From the NCBI GenBank assembly GCA_026004395.1, contig BPJB01000001.1, positions 519,343 to 583,342 on the forward strand: 64,000 nt of DNA, given 5' to 3'. Within the stretch, counting starts at the first letter, position 1; every line of letters begins with the position of its first letter. Positions 30,139-40,378 of this stretch are shown in pieces. This DNA is from Patescibacteria group bacterium. GTDB lineage: Bacteria > Patescibacteriota > Microgenomatia > Levybacterales > UBA12049. Under the pieces are notes generated by a model. It did not search any database and was not told the DNA's origin. It saw nothing but the letters and a program-made list of their open reading frames with translations. The position numbers and the translations under genes are program-made.

Positions 30139-32526
30139 ATGAAGAATAAGTCATTAACATTATTAAAATTTTTATTGGGATGGCCATTCTCAATCGTTGC
30201 CCTTTTTTTTATCTTCAAAACATTTCTACCTAAACTCAATGAAGTACAGTCACATATTTCACAGATTAATATCTTTCTTCTAACTTTAGGACTTCTTTTA
30301 TTTGTTGGATATTATTACCTACGAAGCTTTCTCTGGTACAAAATACTTGTATTTTTTGGATATCAGTTGGATGTCAGACACTCTCTTTTTCTTTGGTCCT
30401 CTGCTCAGCTAAGACGCTATATACCAGGAAATATTTGGGGATTTTTGAGTGTCACACTTGGATTTGAGGCAAAAAACGTAAAAAAACGAGATGTTGCCAA
30501 AGCAATCCTCATTGAATCAGAACTTGTTGTCTTGACAGCACTCTTGCTTTCACTTTTAGCTCTTAAGTTTTTTTTGGCAAAAATTTTTACATTTAATATT
30601 ACAGATGAAAATTTTTACAGGCTGATTTTGATTGGACTAGGTATTATTATTGTTGGATACGTGTTAAGCCCTATTATAATCAAAAAAATTCATCACAAAT
30701 ATCTTGCAAAACTACAATATCTTTTACCACCATTTACATATGACAAAACACTTTTTCTTTTCTTAATTATGCTTGTGTCTTATTTGTTATTAGGAGCTGG
30801 TTACTATTTCACATTAAGCTCAGTTATTCCTCTCCCTCCATCAGATTTTTTTGTTCTTATTGGTATTTTTATTAGTAGTCTTTTAATCGGATATCTTTCA
30901 TTAATTACTCCAACAGGATTAGGTGTTAGAGAGGGAGCAATAGCATTTAGTCTATCTTATTTTGTTTCATTGCCATTAGCTGGATTTGCAGCTCTATTTG
31001 GAAGAATTATTCTAGTTTTTGCTGAGTTAGTTTTTGTTGGGATATCTTTTATCCTAGCTAAAACAAAAAATGACCGAATTCTAAACACACTAAAGTTTAT
31101 AACTAAATATCCGTATGAAATAAGTCTTTCTTTACTATTTGCCGCCTATACAGTATATTTTTCGACAATAAGCATCTTACGTTATGAGCATTATTACACT
31201 GGACGGTTTGATCTTGGCAATATGGCACAAACAGTCTGGAATACTCTACATGGAAGAGTTTTTGAGTTCACCAATCCCGATGGCACAGAAATAGTATCCC
31301 GACTTGCATTTCATGCTGATTTTTTGCTTATTCTTTTAACACCATTCTATCTGATCTGGGAAGATCCTCGCATGCTTCTTCTAATACAAACAATTGTTGT
31401 TGCTGCAGGCGCATTTTTTGTATATGCAATTGCCAACAAAATTCTTAATAATAAAGCACTAGCATTGACATTTGCTTTTATTTATTTAATTAACCCAAGT
31501 GTCCAAAGAGCCACTATCTATGATTTTCATGCAGTTACATTAGCAACAACATTTCTTCTTGGTGCATTTTATTTCTTGTATAAAAAACAATATGTTTTCT
31601 TTATTCTTTTTGCCTTCCTTGCTGGAATAACTAAAGAGCAAATTTGGGCAATTATCGCTCTTTTTGGTTTATACATATTTCTAATTCAGAAAGAAAAAAA
31701 ACTTGGTATTGCTGTTTTTTTTATCTCATCTTTTTTATTTTATTTTCTCATCTGGCACGCAATACCTTCTGCATCAGATGGTAGCCACTTTGCTCTCTCT
31801 TATTATTCAGAAGCAGGAGAGATAGATAGCCCCTCACAGCTTTTAAAACAATTACTAATCAATCCTGCTAAAACATATTCTTTATTGACAGATCAATCCC
31901 GTATAAACTATCTTCATTCTTTATTTAAACCTCTTGGATACCTCTCCCTATTTTCACCTTTGTATCTTATCTTTGCACTTCCAGATTTAGCTATAAACTT
32001 ACTTAGTCGAAAACCCCACCTTTATCAAATATACTATCAATATACATCAGCTATCACTCCTTTTCTTTTTATAGCGGCTATATTTACAGTTGCTTTTATT
32101 AAGAAAAAATGGCAAATAATACCTAATGCAGTAATTATTGTCTATTCTTTATTATTGAGCATATATAGCGCATACCTTTATGGTCCTTTGCCTGGCAGTA
32201 GAGAACCAAATCTTGATATGTTAACCAAACCTTTTGCCAACAAAAAAAATGTAGACGCATTTCTAGCATCGATCCCTGTCACTGCAAGTGTATCCGCAAG
32301 TAATAGCATCGGTTCACATCTGGCTCATAGAAGATATTTATATACCCTACCTCAAGGTTGGGACCAGGCAGATTATGTTATATTTAATCTAGATGATCCA
32401 AATGCTACACCATCTCTAAATGCACATAAAGCAATGCTAATCGAGCTATTACAAAGAGGCTATATCAAAATTTATGATGATGGAAAGATCTTTGGTTTGA
32501 AGAAAAACTCCTTTATCAAATTTTGA
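30139..32526 (+). CDS. Large polytopic membrane protein: N-terminal flippase-like UPF0104 (LPG-synthase TM-like) domain fused to a second DUF2079-like membrane domain
   Basis: About 800 aa with more than 20 predicted TM helices. The ITPTGLGVREGAIAF motif is typical of the UPF0104 flippase-like domain. The C-terminal half is a second polytopic domain. The start was trimmed to the ATG at 30139 (MKNKSLTLL) to avoid overlap with the upstream ORF. Confidence 0.5.
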   Translation: MKNKSLTLLKFLLGWPFSIVALFFIFKTFLPKLNEVQSHISQINIFLLTLGLLLFVGYYYLRSFLWYKILVFFGYQLDVRHSLFLWSSAQLRRYIPGNIWGFLSVTLGFEAKNVKKRDVAKAILIESELVVLTALLLSLLALKFFLAKIFTFNITDENFYRLILIGLGIIIVGYVLSPIIIKKIHHKYLAKLQYLLPPFTYDKTLFLFLIMLVSYLLLGAGYYFTLSSVIPLPPSDFFVLIGIFISSLLIGYLSLITPTGLGVREGAIAFSLSYFVSLPLAGFAALFGRIILVFAELVFVGISFILAKTKNDRILNTLKFITKYPYEISLSLLFAAYTVYFSTISILRYEHYYTGRFDLGNMAQTVWNTLHGRVFEFTNPDGTEIVSRLAFHADFLLILLTPFYLIWEDPRMLLLIQTIVVAAGAFFVYAIANKILNNKALALTFAFIYLINPSVQRATIYDFHAVTLATTFLLGAFYFLYKKQYVFFILFAFLAGITKEQIWAIIALFGLYIFLIQKEKKLGIAVFFISSFLFYFLIWHAIPSASDGSHFALSYYSEAGEIDSPSQLLKQLLINPAKTYSLLTDQSRINYLHSLFKPLGYLSLFSPLYLIFALPDLAINLLSRKPHLYQIYYQYTSAITPFLFIAAIFTVAFIKKKWQIIPNAVIIVYSLLLSIYSAYLYGPLPGSREPNLDMLTKPFANKKNVDAFLASIPVTASVSASNSIGSHLAHRRYLYTLPQGWDQADYVIFNLDDPNATPSLNAHKAMLIELLQRGYIKIYDDGKIFGLKKNSFIKF

Positions 32527-32544
32527 TATATTAGTAAAAACAAC

Positions 32545-33375
32545 ATGTTTACCGTTATTAAAGCAACAGGAGAGAAAGAACCATTCTCAGAAGAAAAAGT
32601 ACTTAGTTCAATTAAAAGAGCAGGAGTTCCCGATTCATTACAAAAATTTGTGTTAGATAAAGTTAAAAAAAGCCTCTATGACAATATTCCAACATCAGAG
32701 ATCTATGAAATAATCATCCGCACTCTTTCTGAATCAGAACAACCCTACAGCAGAGCTCGCTATAGCCTTAAACAAGCAATTATGATGCTTGGTCCAACAG
32801 GATATCCTTTCGAGGATTTTGTTGCCAAAGTCCTATCTGAGCATGGATACAAAACAAAAACTCGACAAATACTATCAGGTAAATGTGTTACACATGAAGT
32901 TGATATTATCGCTGAGAAAAATGGAAAGAGGATAATGGTAGAAGCTAAATTTCATAATAACTCAGGAACACGATCCGATGTACATGTCGCCCTCTATGTA
33001 AAAGCAAGATTTGATGATCTAAAAGATAGATATGAATTTAACGAAGGATGGATCGTCACCAATACCAAATCAACTATTGATGCCAATGCATATGCAGAGT
33101 GCTCTGGAATGAAAATTATCAGCTGGAATTATCCTCAAGGAGAAAGTCTTCGAGAACTTGTTGAAGCATCGCATCTTCATCCAATTACGATGTTAACAAC
33201 ACTTTCTACATCGCAAAAATTAAAACTTCTAAAGAATAAAATTATCATGTGTCGAGACCTTCTAACTCATAAAAGCTATCTTGAGATGATCGGACTCTCC
33301 CCAAAAGAAAAAGAGGACGCGCTGAATGAAATAAAATATATTTGTACTTCACCTTTTGAAAGAGAAAGAATTTAA
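32545..33375 (+). CDS. ATP-cone domain protein fused to an Mrr-like restriction endonuclease-fold domain
   Basis: The N-terminal 90 aa resemble an ATP-cone (VIKATGEKEPFSEEKVLSSIKRAG...). The following GYPFEDFVAKVLSEHGY ... HEVDIIAEKNGKRIMVEAKFH carries D..EAK-type PD-(D/E)xK residues. Confidence 0.55.
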   Translation: MFTVIKATGEKEPFSEEKVLSSIKRAGVPDSLQKFVLDKVKKSLYDNIPTSEIYEIIIRTLSESEQPYSRARYSLKQAIMMLGPTGYPFEDFVAKVLSEHGYKTKTRQILSGKCVTHEVDIIAEKNGKRIMVEAKFHNNSGTRSDVHVALYVKARFDDLKDRYEFNEGWIVTNTKSTIDANAYAECSGMKIISWNYPQGESLRELVEASHLHPITMLTTLSTSQKLKLLKNKIIMCRDLLTHKSYLEMIGLSPKEKEDALNEIKYICTSPFERERI

Positions 33376-33386
33376 TTCATAGTTAC

Positions 33387-33842
33387 ATGAGTTATTGGCA
33401 GATTATTGCAATAGCAATTTTTGGACTAATAGCATTTGTCACATTTATTCAATCACTTATCAAGTGTCGAACACATGAAGGGAGAATGGGGAAGCCATAT
33501 CGGATATGCGAACTTTACGGATCATTTGTTTGGGCAGATCATATAGTATTTGGAGTTTTCTGGAGTATGATAGCTTTTATTTCTCTTTTACTTCAAGATG
33601 GAATTTTTTTCCTTCTCACATTATCGCTTTTTTGGTTGGTTAGAAGTATCGGAGAGACAATTTACTGGATTTTACAACAATTTCTTCCAAGAAAAGGGAA
33701 CGAACCTGACAAATTTTGGATTAATAAGATTGTTCCGGGAGAAGGAGTTTGGTTTATCCACCAGATAATATGGCAATGTATTAGTGTTGTTACACTTCTT
33801 ACCTCCATTTATTTAACATCTCTTTGGCTTTCTCATTTTTGA
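33387..33842 (+). CDS. Hypothetical membrane protein
   Basis: 151 aa with 4 predicted TM helices. No recognised family. Confidence 0.35.
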   Translation: MSYWQIIAIAIFGLIAFVTFIQSLIKCRTHEGRMGKPYRICELYGSFVWADHIVFGVFWSMIAFISLLLQDGIFFLLTLSLFWLVRSIGETIYWILQQFLPRKGNEPDKFWINKIVPGEGVWFIHQIIWQCISVVTLLTSIYLTSLWLSHF

Positions 33843-34152
33843 AAATACAAAAATCTTACCCTGCTCTTACTATTTATTCATGACACTCTTATCTGTTGAG
33901 CTTAATCTAAATATTATAAGAGGAAAGTTATGTTAACTCTTTTATATACATCTTTACAATCACATACGAACAATAATGAAATAGGTTTTTTGCTAAGTAT
34001 TATATTGTTTATTGTATTAACTTTGTTATTTTTCTTCTTTGGAATCGCATCGCTATCAAGTTCTGAGATTCAACTTGAAGTCAGCTTATCTGAACAAAAT
34101 AAAAATGTTTCAAAATAATGAAACAAAAATTGCAGAAAGGAGGTGAGATATA

Positions 34153-34407
34153 ATGAACATTATTCTCTGGATTATTTTCGGAGCACTTGCTGGTTGGATA
34201 GCATCAATCATTATGGGGACAGATAAACGACAAGGAGCTCTGATGAATATCGTAGTTGGTATTATAGGAGCATTTATAGGAGGATTTTTAATGAGTTTGC
34301 TGGGATTTCCGGGAGTAACAGGCTTTAATATTTACAGTCTATTAGTCGCTATCCTTGGAGCTGTTGTACTTGTCTTCTTGGTTGGAACATTTAGAAAAAC
34401 AGCATAA
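34153..34407 (+). CDS. GlsB/YeaQ/YmgE-family stress-response membrane protein
   Basis: 84 aa reading IIFGALAGWIASIIMGTDKRQGALMNIVVGIIGAFIGGFL. SD AAGGAGGTG 7 nt upstream. Confidence 0.75.
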   Translation: MNIILWIIFGALAGWIASIIMGTDKRQGALMNIVVGIIGAFIGGFLMSLLGFPGVTGFNIYSLLVAILGAVVLVFLVGTFRKTA

Positions 34408-34427
34408 ACATCTCTCTCAAAGAGATA

Positions 34428-34458
34428 ACAGGCTATCTTTGTGATAGCCTGTTCTTAT
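34428..34458. terminator. Probable bidirectional terminator hairpin between the glsB-like gene and dinB
   Basis: 10 bp stem ACAGGCTATC / GATAGCCTGT with loop TTTGTG, followed by a short T-containing tract. Confidence 0.45.
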
Positions 34459-34571
34459 AGTACAATCTTCCTTTGAACGCTAACTGTGAAACAAAGGTAA
34501 ATATTACAAAGATTACATTCTCCTTAATAGTTTTGATCGTCATAACAATTAGTATCAAGTAGACAGGCAAT

Positions 34572-35870
34572 TTATTGATGTCTAGTTTGATACTCCTCAG
34601 CTAATTTTTTACGCTCAAATCTATCCGACATCCAACCATTAGGAACAGTTGTCAGATGAGGTACACCCAGTAAAAATCCATTGCGAATGGTATGATCACC
34701 AAAGCGTTCATTAAGAGCATCAACAACCTGCATCAATCTCTCTTTTCGTTTATCCTCATACAAAAGAGGGGAGGGAATATACTGAGAATCTTTTAAATAT
34801 CCTGCCCATACTCCGATACGTCGTACATATCCTAAAGGTAGCTCTCCTCCTGATTCTCTTCTAATAATACTTAGGGATTCTTTAAAAAGATCAAGACCGC
34901 TGTCAATAAATTGTTCTTTTGTTCTTTGGCCAAACAGAGTATAAGATCCAACTAAAGATAGTCCAACACTCCTAGCTTTTTTCTTCAGTTTACGAAGTTT
35001 TCTACCTATCTCCTCAGAGAGTTCATAAATATGTTGCAGAATAACACGTCTATTATATTCATTTTGGGGGAGACAGTATTGCCTACCAACAGACTTCACT
35101 TCCGCAGTTTTTGTATATGCTCTTACTTGACTTGTATCTTTACCAAGTCCAACGTCTTTAAGAAATTGACCTTCTACCGGACCAAACTCGGCGATAAGAG
35201 CCGAAAGGGGAGTACGGCGAAGCTGGTTGAGAGTATAAATTCCCATTTGATTCAATCTAGCCTCAATTCGCGGTCCAATACCACAAATATCCTGCAACTT
35301 AGCGATACTATAGACACTCTCAATCTGATCTGATGAGATAACAAAAACACCATTGGGTTTCTTAAGTCCTGATGCGAGTTTGGCAAGCATTTTATTCGGT
35401 GCAATCCCTACTGATACTGTAATATACTCTCCAAGCTCTTCTTGAATACGCAGTTTGATTGTCCGCACTAAAGACTCAACTCCTCCATATAAATGGACTG
35501 TAAGTGTCGCATCCATAAAAATCTCATCAAGAGAAAATACTTCAATTTCAGGTGAAAAATCACTGCAAAGCGCAATAAATTTCTTACTTACCTCCCAATA
35601 TTTGCGAAAATCTGCAGGCACAAAAATAATATTAGGACATATTCTCAATGCCTCAAATGTCCTCATCCCTGTATTAATACCTAATCTTTTTGCTTCACGA
35701 CTGGAAGCTATGATGCATGTTCTACCATTCGTTGCGGTCACACCAATGGGTTTATTGCGCAGAAATGGATTACATTGCTGCTCAACACTAGCAAAAAATG
35801 AATCAAAATCAATATGCAAAATAATACGCTGTGACATAGAAAAAATTAAAGCATCAAATTTTACAATCAC
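34572..35870 (-). CDS. dinB: DNA polymerase IV (Y-family, DinB)
   Basis: ILHIDFDSFFASVEQ catalytic motif and an SLDE motif. Length is about 420 aa. The probable start is the internal Met (MSQRII). It is last in a lexA-orf87-dinB operon on the minus strand. Confidence 0.9.
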   Translation of the reverse strand: MIVKFDALIFSMSQRIILHIDFDSFFASVEQQCNPFLRNKPIGVTATNGRTCIIASSREAKRLGINTGMRTFEALRICPNIIFVPADFRKYWEVSKKFIALCSDFSPEIEVFSLDEIFMDATLTVHLYGGVESLVRTIKLRIQEELGEYITVSVGIAPNKMLAKLASGLKKPNGVFVISSDQIESVYSIAKLQDICGIGPRIEARLNQMGIYTLNQLRRTPLSALIAEFGPVEGQFLKDVGLGKDTSQVRAYTKTAEVKSVGRQYCLPQNEYNRRVILQHIYELSEEIGRKLRKLKKKARSVGLSLVGSYTLFGQRTKEQFIDSGLDLFKESLSIIRRESGGELPLGYVRRIGVWAGYLKDSQYIPSPLLYEDKRKERLMQVVDALNERFGDHTIRNGFLLGVPHLTTVPNGWMSDRFERKKLAEEYQTRHQ

Positions 35871-35905
35871 CTAAAACTTATAGAAATAATCTAATTTGGT
35901 ATGCT

Positions 35906-36169
35906 TTATGAGCCGCTATTTATATCATCTATCTCCTCCAAAATCCACTGAAGGCTCTCTGTATTGAATTTCAGACGAAAAAACAAATTATCATCAGCAA
36001 CAGTAAAGAAGTGATAAAGTACGCGACCTTCATAAAGAGAGTAGTGAAGACCAACTGTAGTAATCGTATAAATTCTTCCTCTCCACTTAATTCTCCATGG
36101 TAAAAACTTCTTTGTCTGTCCATTAAAAACTGCAATAATACTTGGTGTTTCATGAATAACCTCACTCAT
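35906..36169 (-). CDS. Small protein between lexA and dinB (possible YolD-like accessory factor)
   Basis: 87 aa. No motif I can verify. The position mirrors the yolD/yqjX-type small genes that precede Y-family polymerase genes in SOS cassettes. Confidence 0.35.
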   Translation of the reverse strand: MSEVIHETPSIIAVFNGQTKKFLPWRIKWRGRIYTITTVGLHYSLYEGRVLYHFFTVADDNLFFRLKFNTESLQWILEEIDDINSGS

Positions 36170-36237
36170 AAAAATTTTCTAAAGATTAGTTATCCAATAT
36201 TTGAAAATCTAAAATATTGAAAACTCTGATAAACAAT

Positions 36238-36807
36238 TTATCGATACTTGCGAATAACACTTGCGACAACACCCCCTATCAAAAGACTCTCATTTGGCTT
36301 GATAGGAGGATAGGCAGCATTCGCAGGTTTGAGAATAATTTGATTGTTTTCCTTATGAAAGTATTTCACTGTCCACTCACCATCAATACAAGCCGCAACA
36401 ATATCTCCGTTTTTAGGCTCTATACCTTTCTCAACAATCACTATATCTCCATCATGAATACCCTCATCTATCATAGAATCACCCCTAACTGTGAGAGAAA
36501 ACATCTCCGAGGGAGTGCTAAGTAGATACTCATAAAAATCTATACTATCATCCACCGACGGATTAGCAGGAGTAGGATATCCTGCCTTGATAATACCCAA
36601 ATGGGGTATGTGAAATAGTTTCTTAGGGAGGATTTTGCCTTTTGCGTCTTTTTCTAGAATTTCAGCTTCGATAAGTTTATTTACCAAATAGACTGCAGCA
36701 TTTTTAGATGAATATCCAAAAAGATCACAAATCTCCTGGTAGGAGGGGAGTCGTCGTTGTTTTCTATAAAATGTTCTTAATTTAGAGATAGCACGATCTA
36801 CGTTCAT
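36238..36807 (-). CDS. lexA: LexA repressor (S24 peptidase)
   Basis: N-terminal winged-HTH. C-terminal S24 domain with the catalytic Ser in VRGDSMIDEGIHDGDIVIVE and the catalytic Lys in EWTVKYF. Confidence 0.9.
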   Translation of the reverse strand: MNVDRAISKLRTFYRKQRRLPSYQEICDLFGYSSKNAAVYLVNKLIEAEILEKDAKGKILPKKLFHIPHLGIIKAGYPTPANPSVDDSIDFYEYLLSTPSEMFSLTVRGDSMIDEGIHDGDIVIVEKGIEPKNGDIVAACIDGEWTVKYFHKENNQIILKPANAAYPPIKPNESLLIGGVVASVIRKYR

Positions 36808-37005
36808 AATGATAGATTAGAGTCAAATAAAACTAATTATGATCTGATAATCTCAAAAAGTAGTTTACTGTTCTGTACTGTTTATGTTATATCTTGTACG
36901 ATCGTTCAATGTCAAGATGACAAAAGACATCAAAACATAACATAAATCAACTGGTAGTAAGATATGTAAAAGAAAAATTAACAGGGGTAAACAGAAAGTA
37001 ATATT

Positions 37006-37083
37006 TGGGGTGGCTGAGGGGACTCGAACCCCCGACATTCAGGTCCACAACCTGACGCTCTAACCAACTGAGCTACAGCCACC
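37006..37083 (-). tRNA. tRNA-His (anticodon GTG) with G-1 and encoded CCA
   Basis: 78 nt. Extra 5' G (G-1) opposite discriminator C. Anticodon stem-loop TCAGG-TTGTGGA-CCTGA. T-loop TTCGAGT. 3' CCA is encoded. Confidence 0.8.
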
Positions 37084-37161
37084 GTAAAATTGAGAATCAA
37101 CTGTCTAAAATCTTATCGAGCAATAAAATATAGTATAGCATATTAATTAGCTAAAACGAAG

Positions 37162-37374
37162 CTATTTGCGGAAAAAAAGATAAGCAATAATGCTCAGAAT
37201 TATACTTATAATAATTGATGTAACAATAGGAAAGTAAAAGGTAAAACCATCACGTTTTATATAAATATCTCCTGGCAACCTGGGAGGAAAGGGTAGTGAA
37301 GGGAAGAAAGTAAAGACCAATCCTATAATAAGTAGCATTCCTCCTATTATGATAAATAACTTACCTATTTCCAT
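37162..37374 (-). CDS. DUF2905-family small membrane protein
   Basis: 70 aa with two TM helices flanking the central LPGDIYIKRDGFTFYFP motif. Confidence 0.6.
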   Translation of the reverse strand: MEIGKLFIIIGGMLLIIGLVFTFFPSLPFPPRLPGDIYIKRDGFTFYFPIVTSIIISIILSIIAYLFFRK

Positions 37375-37378
37375 ATCC

Positions 37379-38038
37379 TTAAATCCTTTCTAATTGTGGA
37401 TCACGAGTTGGAGACAATTTAGCAAAAAAATATCCTGTTGCAAACCCGCCTATATGTGCAAAATAAGCTACTCCTCCTTGTTCTGGAGTCATTCCCAGTG
37501 TACCTACTCCTGAGAGTACTTGAAGAAAAATCCAGTATCCTAGCATTACAGCAGCACTAATATTTGCTGTAGTAATAAATGGAGGAATAAAAACCAATGT
37601 CTTGATTTGATGATGAGGAAAATAGGCAAAATATGCACCCAATGCTCCAGCAACTGCTCCGGAAGCACCAAGCATAGGGATATCTGATGCAGGATTCAAA
37701 AGATACTGTACTAAGCTACCTACAATACCAGATGTCAAATAAAGAAAAAGATAAACAAAAGGTGGCATATTACCCTCTACATTATCTCCAAATACCCACA
37801 GAAAAAGCATATTTGATCCGATATGCAACAAACCTCCATGAAGAAACATTGAAGTTATAAATGGATAAAGAGTGTTGATATCAGAAAAATCAATTTTTGC
37901 AGGAATAAGAGCATACATCAGTGTAAAAGTCTCAGGATTGATAATCTGAAGGTAGAAAACTGCAATGTTTATAGCAATTAAAAGTATATTAATAAAAGGG
38001 AAGCGTTTAGATTTCTCTGAGTCTGAAATTGGTAGCAT
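37379..38038 (-). CDS. Rhomboid-family intramembrane serine protease
   Basis: Six TM helices. Catalytic GASGAVAGALGAY (GxSG) and the HIGGF His motif. Confidence 0.85.
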   Translation of the reverse strand: MLPISDSEKSKRFPFINILLIAINIAVFYLQIINPETFTLMYALIPAKIDFSDINTLYPFITSMFLHGGLLHIGSNMLFLWVFGDNVEGNMPPFVYLFLYLTSGIVGSLVQYLLNPASDIPMLGASGAVAGALGAYFAYFPHHQIKTLVFIPPFITTANISAAVMLGYWIFLQVLSGVGTLGMTPEQGGVAYFAHIGGFATGYFFAKLSPTRDPQLERI

Positions 38039-38101
38039 ATTTTTTTATAGATGAGATATAGTTTACACGAAAAATGTAAGAAACACATCAAAAGCAATTT
38101 G

Positions 38102-38174
38102 TACGCCTGGAGGGATTCGAACCCCCGACCTGGTGCTTAGAACGCACTCGCTCTATCCACTGAGCTACAGGCGC
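38102..38174 (-). tRNA. tRNA-Arg (anticodon TCT)
   Basis: 73 nt. Acceptor GCGCCTG/CAGGCGT. Anticodon stem-loop AGTGC-GTTCTAA-GCACC. T-loop TTCGAAT. Confidence 0.8.
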
Positions 38175-38266
38175 ATGTAGAAGTTATTTTATCAAGATTT
38201 TCCTGCCTTAGCAAACTATTTAGCCTCATTGACAAATATTAAGCTAACATTTACTATGAAAAAGGT

Positions 38267-39265
38267 ATGGCTCATAAATTTTTTAGTTACTTACTCAAAA
38301 ACCAAGTGATTTTTGCTCTCTTTCTCATAGTAACAGGGTGGTTTCTCTTTCAGACAAGAGGCATCCTTACTTTGATCTTTCTTGCTTACATTATAAATGC
38401 GGCACTTCTTCCTCTAGTTAATAAGCTTCACAAAAGGGGAGTTCCTCATTTTTTATCAGTGCTTATTCCTTTTATAAGCATTTTATTAATTATCTTCTTG
38501 ATTGTCTTTCCACTTGTTCCTTTTGTAGCTTCTCAAGTAATGCTGCTCTTAACAAGATTACCTAATTATATTGACGACTCAACAAGAGCACTGGGTATTG
38601 TTATAGATGTAAATCAAGTACAAGACGTCGTAACAAAAGAGCTCAATACATTAGGAAAGAATGCTTTCTCTGTCACTAGTAAAGTCTTTGGAGGAATATT
38701 CTCAACACTTACAGTACTAGTAGTGAGTTTTTATCTAATTCTTTATCATGATCGCTTTAAGAGGAATATTGCGCATCTTTTCCATCCTAAAGATCGAGAA
38801 AAAGTACTGACAACCCTTAGTCTTATTGATGAAAAATTAGGAGCATGGGTACAAGGTCAATTAATTCTTTCATTATCTATTGGAGTAATTACCTGGATTG
38901 CGCTTAGTATTTTAGCTCTTCCCTATGCTGTACCACTTGCCATTTTAGCTGGTATGCTGGAGATTATTCCTACAATAGGACCTATTATTGCTTCCATACC
39001 AGCGATCATTGTTGCTTTTTCTATTTCACCCACGATGGCTATTGTTGTAGTTGTATTATATACTGTCATTCAAATGCTCGAAAATCACTTTTTGGTACCA
39101 AAAATTATGCAAAAAGCAGTCGGACTAAATCCAGTGGTAGTCATCGTCGCCGTTATGATTGGAGCAAATATGATGGGTGTTCTGGGAGCTCTTCTCGCAG
39201 TTCCATTTGTGTCCTTTATTATTGTCCTTTTCAATAGTATTAATGCCGCTGAAGAAAAACAATAA
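38267..39265 (+). CDS. AI-2E family transporter (PerM/UPF0118)
   Basis: 332 aa with about 8 TM helices. The overall pattern is typical of AI-2E transporters, including a conserved C-terminal PTIGPIIASIPAIIVAF segment. Confidence 0.7.
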   Translation: MAHKFFSYLLKNQVIFALFLIVTGWFLFQTRGILTLIFLAYIINAALLPLVNKLHKRGVPHFLSVLIPFISILLIIFLIVFPLVPFVASQVMLLLTRLPNYIDDSTRALGIVIDVNQVQDVVTKELNTLGKNAFSVTSKVFGGIFSTLTVLVVSFYLILYHDRFKRNIAHLFHPKDREKVLTTLSLIDEKLGAWVQGQLILSLSIGVITWIALSILALPYAVPLAILAGMLEIIPTIGPIIASIPAIIVAFSISPTMAIVVVVLYTVIQMLENHFLVPKIMQKAVGLNPVVVIVAVMIGANMMGVLGALLAVPFVSFIIVLFNSINAAEEKQ

Positions 39266-39853
39266 CTATTTCTCAGCAATTATAAGTGTCCAAGGAAGAG
39301 GATAACGTACTTTCTTAACCTTTAGTTTCTTACCGACAAAATGTTTAAATTGCCAAAATGTCCAATGATTAATATGTTCAATATCATTACCTAAACGCGT
39401 TAAATTTTTCCCTCGCAAAAAATTACCTAGCATAAATAATGGCTCATTGGGTACAGAAAGAACACAATATTTCTTCGTAACACGCACCAACTCCTCCAAA
39501 CCTTTTTCTGGATTATCAAGATGTTCTAACACTTCAGTGCATATAACAACATCAAAAGTCTCATCTTTATATTTTAGATCATAAATTGTTCCTTGCTTCA
39601 ATACCAAGCGAGGATGTTCTTTCTTACCTAGCTTAATAGCACGATCAAGATAATCTACACCCTCAAGTTTTTTCCCAATACCTGCCTTGCGCAAAATTTC
39701 TAATGTAAATCCTTCACCGCATCCAACATCAAGAATAGAGTAGGGCTGAAGAGCACGCACTTCTTCAAGTAGTGCTTTATTAAAATTCTCTAATAATTTT
39801 CTTTGAAGAAAACTATTACTTTTGTGTTTGAGGTAGTTGCTCGTAGCTTGCAT
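39266..39853 (-). CDS. Class I SAM-dependent methyltransferase
   Basis: Motif I ILDVGCGEGFTL and post-I acidic residue. Rossmann-fold methyltransferase pattern. Confidence 0.8.
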   Translation of the reverse strand: MQATSNYLKHKSNSFLQRKLLENFNKALLEEVRALQPYSILDVGCGEGFTLEILRKAGIGKKLEGVDYLDRAIKLGKKEHPRLVLKQGTIYDLKYKDETFDVVICTEVLEHLDNPEKGLEELVRVTKKYCVLSVPNEPLFMLGNFLRGKNLTRLGNDIEHINHWTFWQFKHFVGKKLKVKKVRYPLPWTLIIAEK

Positions 39854-40167
39854 GAACTATTATTATACATGATGCTATTACGGATAAAAACAGTATTTCT
39901 CAGTAGGTATTTTTTATATAAGCAAATTATTTCTTATATTTTGCAAAACTTCTTTCAGAGATTCATCTTTAAATAGTTGCAAACTTATTTTTGCTACTTG
40001 TATCTGCGCATCCATAATTTAGGGATATTCAAATGCAATTGAGTTACATTCAGATAAATCAAGATTTTTTTATTGATTCTCTTGATTTTTTTGTCGGATT
40101 CTTGAATGCTCCAGATTGAAGTATTTTGCCAAGTATACCTGTATACTTGGCAATATTGGGATATGTG

Positions 40168-40239
40168 AGCGGGGAACGGGATTCGCACCCGCGACCTCCT
40201 CCTTGGAAGGGAGGCATTCTACTGCTGAACTACCCCCGC
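40168..40239 (-). tRNA. tRNA-Gly (anticodon TCC)
   Basis: 72 nt. Acceptor GCGGGGG/TCCCCGC. Anticodon stem-loop CCTCC-CTTCCAA-GGAGG. T-loop TGCGAAT. Confidence 0.8.
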
Positions 40240-40378
40240 ATGTTATTTGGGTTATATAAATTTTTAAAAATATCTCAATCAGTAAACAAACCAATTAAAA
40301 GTAAAAAAAATTGTAATAGTCATTATATCATGAGTATTTTACATATTAAAGAAGTTTTTAAATTCAAGTATAATAATT

